Assembly (NCBI GenBank): GCA_002633005.1
Contig: NMRA01000996.1
Span: forward strand, 11,271 to 75,270
Source of the DNA: Phoronis australis
Taxonomy: Eukaryota; Animalia; Phoronida
Reading direction: 5' to 3'
Length of the DNA stretch: 64,000 bases
A program made the translations under genes and the position numbers. This document shows, in pieces, positions 61,807 through 64,000 of the stretch (its first letter is position 1; each line of letters begins with the position of its first letter). Under the pieces are notes generated by a model, which saw only the letters and a list, made by a program, of their open reading frames with translations, did no database searches and was not told the origin of the DNA.

Positions 61807-62907
61807 CCGTATTCGCCATATTAAGCGCCCAGGTGGACGCTTTTTGATGCCTACGGCGGTTAAAACCGGTCTCCGAAACGGGTAAAATCGGAAGCTAGGA
61901 TTCATCAAATTTACGCGCTGTGACGTATGTGTAACCTATGACAGACTGTCTGCAAAACTGTGGTGCATTGCTATCAAACTCTGTTGTTAAATTACGATCT
62001 TTTTAAAAAAATGTGCTGAAATCCCAAGACGAAAACTTGCCGACTGATGCGTCACTGCTTCGCGATCGTCAATAGGACAACTTGAATTCTTGAGTAAAAA
62101 TAGTTTCGACTCAAATTACCTGAAATCCTCCTTAAGTTTTCCAAACAGATTCTTAAGTTCCTGTGGACTCGGAGTCGGGATTAACCGCAGATTAAGTTAA
62201 AATCTGCGCTAGATCGCACCCCGCAACGAGAAAAACCTAGACGAACACATATATTGTTGTCACGTGACGTTTGTATTGAAGTGAGTCAACAGGTGTGCAC
62301 CAAGTGAGCGAACGCGTGCGTGTCATCAGTGTTCATTTGCCAGAGTAGCAGGCCCAATGAGCTGTATATGTAGTTATATTTATGTCATTGAGCAGGCCCA
62401 CATGTTATATGTGGGCCCTAGCGCGTGCTTCTTGGCCAAGTTTCGATTCGCGGTTTTTATAATTTTGTACCGTGACAAAGCAATCTGGATTCCTGTTATG
62501 GGAGAAGATCTGTACCGGAAGGATACAATACCAATCCCGTTGACCAGTACGCTGCGTCTGTTCTGAAGGGCCAGACCATATAGTGTGACACTTTCCTCGC
62601 AAGGTCAGCAAATCTTTTGCCTTCTTGTTGAAGCACTGCGGAACGGTTTGAAGTGTACAGCCACGGCTAAATACCGACATATAGCGGCGAGGCTCGTGGT
62701 CTACTAGAAATTCCGCGCACAATGATTTTTCAGGACTGTCGGGTATTATTGATGAATTGAATACATTACTGTAGAATTTTAGAACTGTGAGGTAAGACAT
62801 TTTTCGCACAAATATATACACATTCATGGACTGGGCGCTCACTTTAGCGAAGTCTGAAAACGAGTGGGGACGCTTTTAGGGGCATGGGCGCTTATTAGGA
62901 CGAATGT
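61807..62907 (+). mobile_element. Non-autonomous Tc1/mariner(pogo)-type TIR element with decayed HIRAN-like cargo
   Basis: Left end TA|CCGTATTCGCCATATTAAGCGCCCA and right end TGGGCGCTTATTAGGACGAAT form imperfect TIRs. Confidence 0.7.
62443..62735 (+). pseudogene. Frameshifted HIRAN-like domain
   Basis: Across frameshifts: SIRGFY..KAIWIPVMGEDL..NPVDQYAASVLKGQTIV*HFPRKVSKSFAFLLKHCGT..KCTATAKYRH..GLLEIP. Confidence 0.65.
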
Positions 62908-63279
62908 TATAAAAATAATTTTGGCTAAAATGACATTGTACATTACAATAAGAACTCAGTTCCAAGAAATATGGTATTTCATTTGCTGTGAGCACATGGA
63001 CCGGTCTTCCACCTTTCTCCCCTTTTCTTCGTTTCGGACTAGTCCACAAATTCTTTGTGCACGACCACACACTGTGTTTTTTTGAATCGCGTAACGGGTG
63101 ACATGTACTGAATCGGTAGGGTCGCACTGCGCCGATGTGTTTTACTGCCGGAGCATCGACACGATGACCAAACTGAACCTTAAATTCATGATAAAAACAA
63201 CGTCATATTGTTTTCCGTACTCATCCCCCGCGCTACTTCAAGAGTGCCCTCTGACTTGGAAAGTTCAAAAGGTAGGCCC

Positions 63280-63500
63280 GAACGAGCCCCCCATTTGGCG
63301 AAGTGGGCAAAAATTCAGCCTCAAAGAAACAAAAAACCCAAGAAAACGAGACGAAAAGTCCATTAAGTACATTGTAAGCAGGAATTCGGCGAATGCACCA
63401 TTCATAGCTCTGAATGTACCCCGGTTTTTTTCGTTAAAGATCCACATACTCAAAAATTCGAGCCCCCTATATTTTAGGCTGGTTGTGCGTATGGATAACA
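63280..63500 (-). repeat. Diverged inverted copy of the repeat at ~33460-33650
   Basis: aattcgagccccctatattttagg and aaacgagac.aaagt are shared in opposite orientation. Confidence 0.65.
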
Positions 63501-64000
63501 CTCGGCGCGTAATCAGGTCATAAACGTAACATCTGGGCTGAGTTACATACATGTAAAGCTTCAAAAGTTATCCATAAGTTTGATTGTTGCATGACATCAA
63601 GTGCATTGTTCAACAATAACATCGCGACGCGTGATAATGTGACGTCATTGTTGCTATACGGCGTATAACATTTATGCAACTGGGCCCTGGTAGATAAATG
63701 TTAATGATATCACACTTCAGTCTCAGTTTTCAGTTGTTAAATACAGTGTATTACATCGTCTGCAACTCAGGCGCCAAATCCTCGGTAATTACAATATCAA
63801 ATATTGTTGTTATTTACATGTAACTAATTTCAGGAAATGTAACAAGTTCAACGCACAATTACAGTTATTTTCATCTTTGTTATCTCTTTTTAAGTAAGAA
63901 ATCGTGAATATTTTTAAAACGTTTCTTTTACTAGAGAAAACTTGTAACCTAAAAACATATAGGATGTGATCCGCCACGTAAACATTCTGGGTGAAGTATT

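Noticed and set aside
1-64000. CRISPR arrays, operons or prokaryotic defence systems
   Set aside because: The sequence is eukaryotic with spliceosomal introns; no repeat-spacer array was seen.

Overview
AT-rich, intron-containing eukaryotic DNA, most consistent with a polymorphic marine invertebrate scaffold. It has one 97-N gap (36717-36813) and single Ns at 9345, 40351 and 54430. Three spliced protein-coding genes can be reconstructed by hand with phase-consistent GT-AG junctions. (1) A TSPAN6/7-like tetraspanin on + (six coding exons, 5925-16096; the first coding exon was not found in the window). (2) A two-exon, ~598-aa coiled-coil/low-complexity gene on - (29990-22951) with a C-terminal CxYLR motif, possibly CCDC190-like. 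(3) An eight-exon, ~505-aa ASIC-like DEG/ENaC channel on - (50499-39841); its last exon plus 3.3 kb of flank is duplicated across the gap, probably as a second haplotype. Intergenic and intronic DNA holds many transposon remnants: Penelope-like elements with hammerhead-like motifs, hAT/Tc1-mariner/TTAA-type MITEs and a tRNA-derived SINE. The most interesting observations are: a Thr at the degenerin site of the channel; about 33 TACATGTA palindromes, two of which are TA-to-TACATGTA indels between the duplicated copies (transposon-footprint-like); a TIR element carrying a decayed HIRAN-like domain; and a 22-bp palindrome flanked by a 7-bp direct repeat.
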